A stretch of 64,000 nt of DNA from Pavona decussata. Taxonomy: Eukaryota. The stretch covers positions 558,001-622,000 of the forward strand of contig CDRNST010000096.1 of NCBI GenBank assembly GCA_977016875.1, in the 5' to 3' direction. The translations under genes were made by a program, and so were the position numbers. This document shows positions 63,471 through 64,000 of this stretch, one piece after another (the stretch's first letter is position 1; each line of letters begins with the position of its first letter). The notes below the pieces were generated by a model. That model was not told the DNA's origin and did not search any database. It saw only the letters and a list, made by a program, of their open reading frames with translations.

Positions 63471-64000
63471 GATCAACACAGAAAAAGTCCTTCTTGCCAA
63501 ACGTGGCTGGAGGTTTTGTTAGTATCTTTCGTATAATTTGATTAGCAGTAAAATTGCCACAGCACGTGCAAAAAAAAGAATTGGGAAATTCTGTCTGACG
63601 CAAGATCTCGGTTATGCTGAATACCTACAATACAGTACCATGATGATGCTTTTATTTACCGAACGTAGACCTCTTTTTATTTTACTTCTTTGTAATTTTC
63701 TCTTATAGGCAAAAACATAATAAGGACGGTGAGATACATTTCTTTCGCTGCAATATTTCCATGACATACAGCCGCTCGCTCCAACCCGATATTCGCAACC
63801 TCATGTGATTACGTGACTTCTATAATTATTCAACATTCTTGAATGACGTCTTGCGGGTCACAAGAAGGGGTCATTCATTCCTGTTGCTTATTACAACTGG
63901 TTGATGATTGATATCTTTGCTGATATGTGCCATAAGAAGTTGAAATTGAATTGAAACCAGTGTTTTCCAGCGCATTGGTGTTTGTATTGTTATCAAACAA

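Noticed and set aside
1-64000. Most 60-110-aa ORFs in the track; rRNA and tRNA genes
   Set aside because: The short ORFs have non-ATG starts or are shadows of repeats. No RNA-gene structure was recognised apart from the PBS match.

Overview
This is AT-rich eukaryotic DNA with spliceosomal introns and a transposon repertoire typical of a cnidarian, most likely a stony coral (inference). No intact host gene, RNA gene or CRISPR array is recognisable. The window is a nested pile of mobile elements: Tc1/mariner-type, hAT-type and piggyBac-type non-autonomous elements, two ZNF862-like hAT transposase pseudogenes, CR1/L2-like and L1/Tx1-like LINE pieces, two tyrosine-recombinase (YR) sequences, Crypton-like remnants, an IS630/Tc1-like transposase, a BEL/Pao internal region, a PIF1/Helitron-like helicase remnant, a young Gypsy element (198-bp LTRs, 2 mismatches, AGTGG TSD) and a pogo/Passer (DD35D) element. 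The standout is a 7.27-kb TIR element (49607-56872) inserted in the Gypsy pol gene. By hand splicing, it carries an intact 12-exon, ~768-aa transposase with the RAG1/Transib catalytic and zinc-binding motifs. It has non-canonical CATAG ends with asymmetric internal motifs and appears to have inserted without a target-site duplication. Family assignments come from motif recognition, not database searches.
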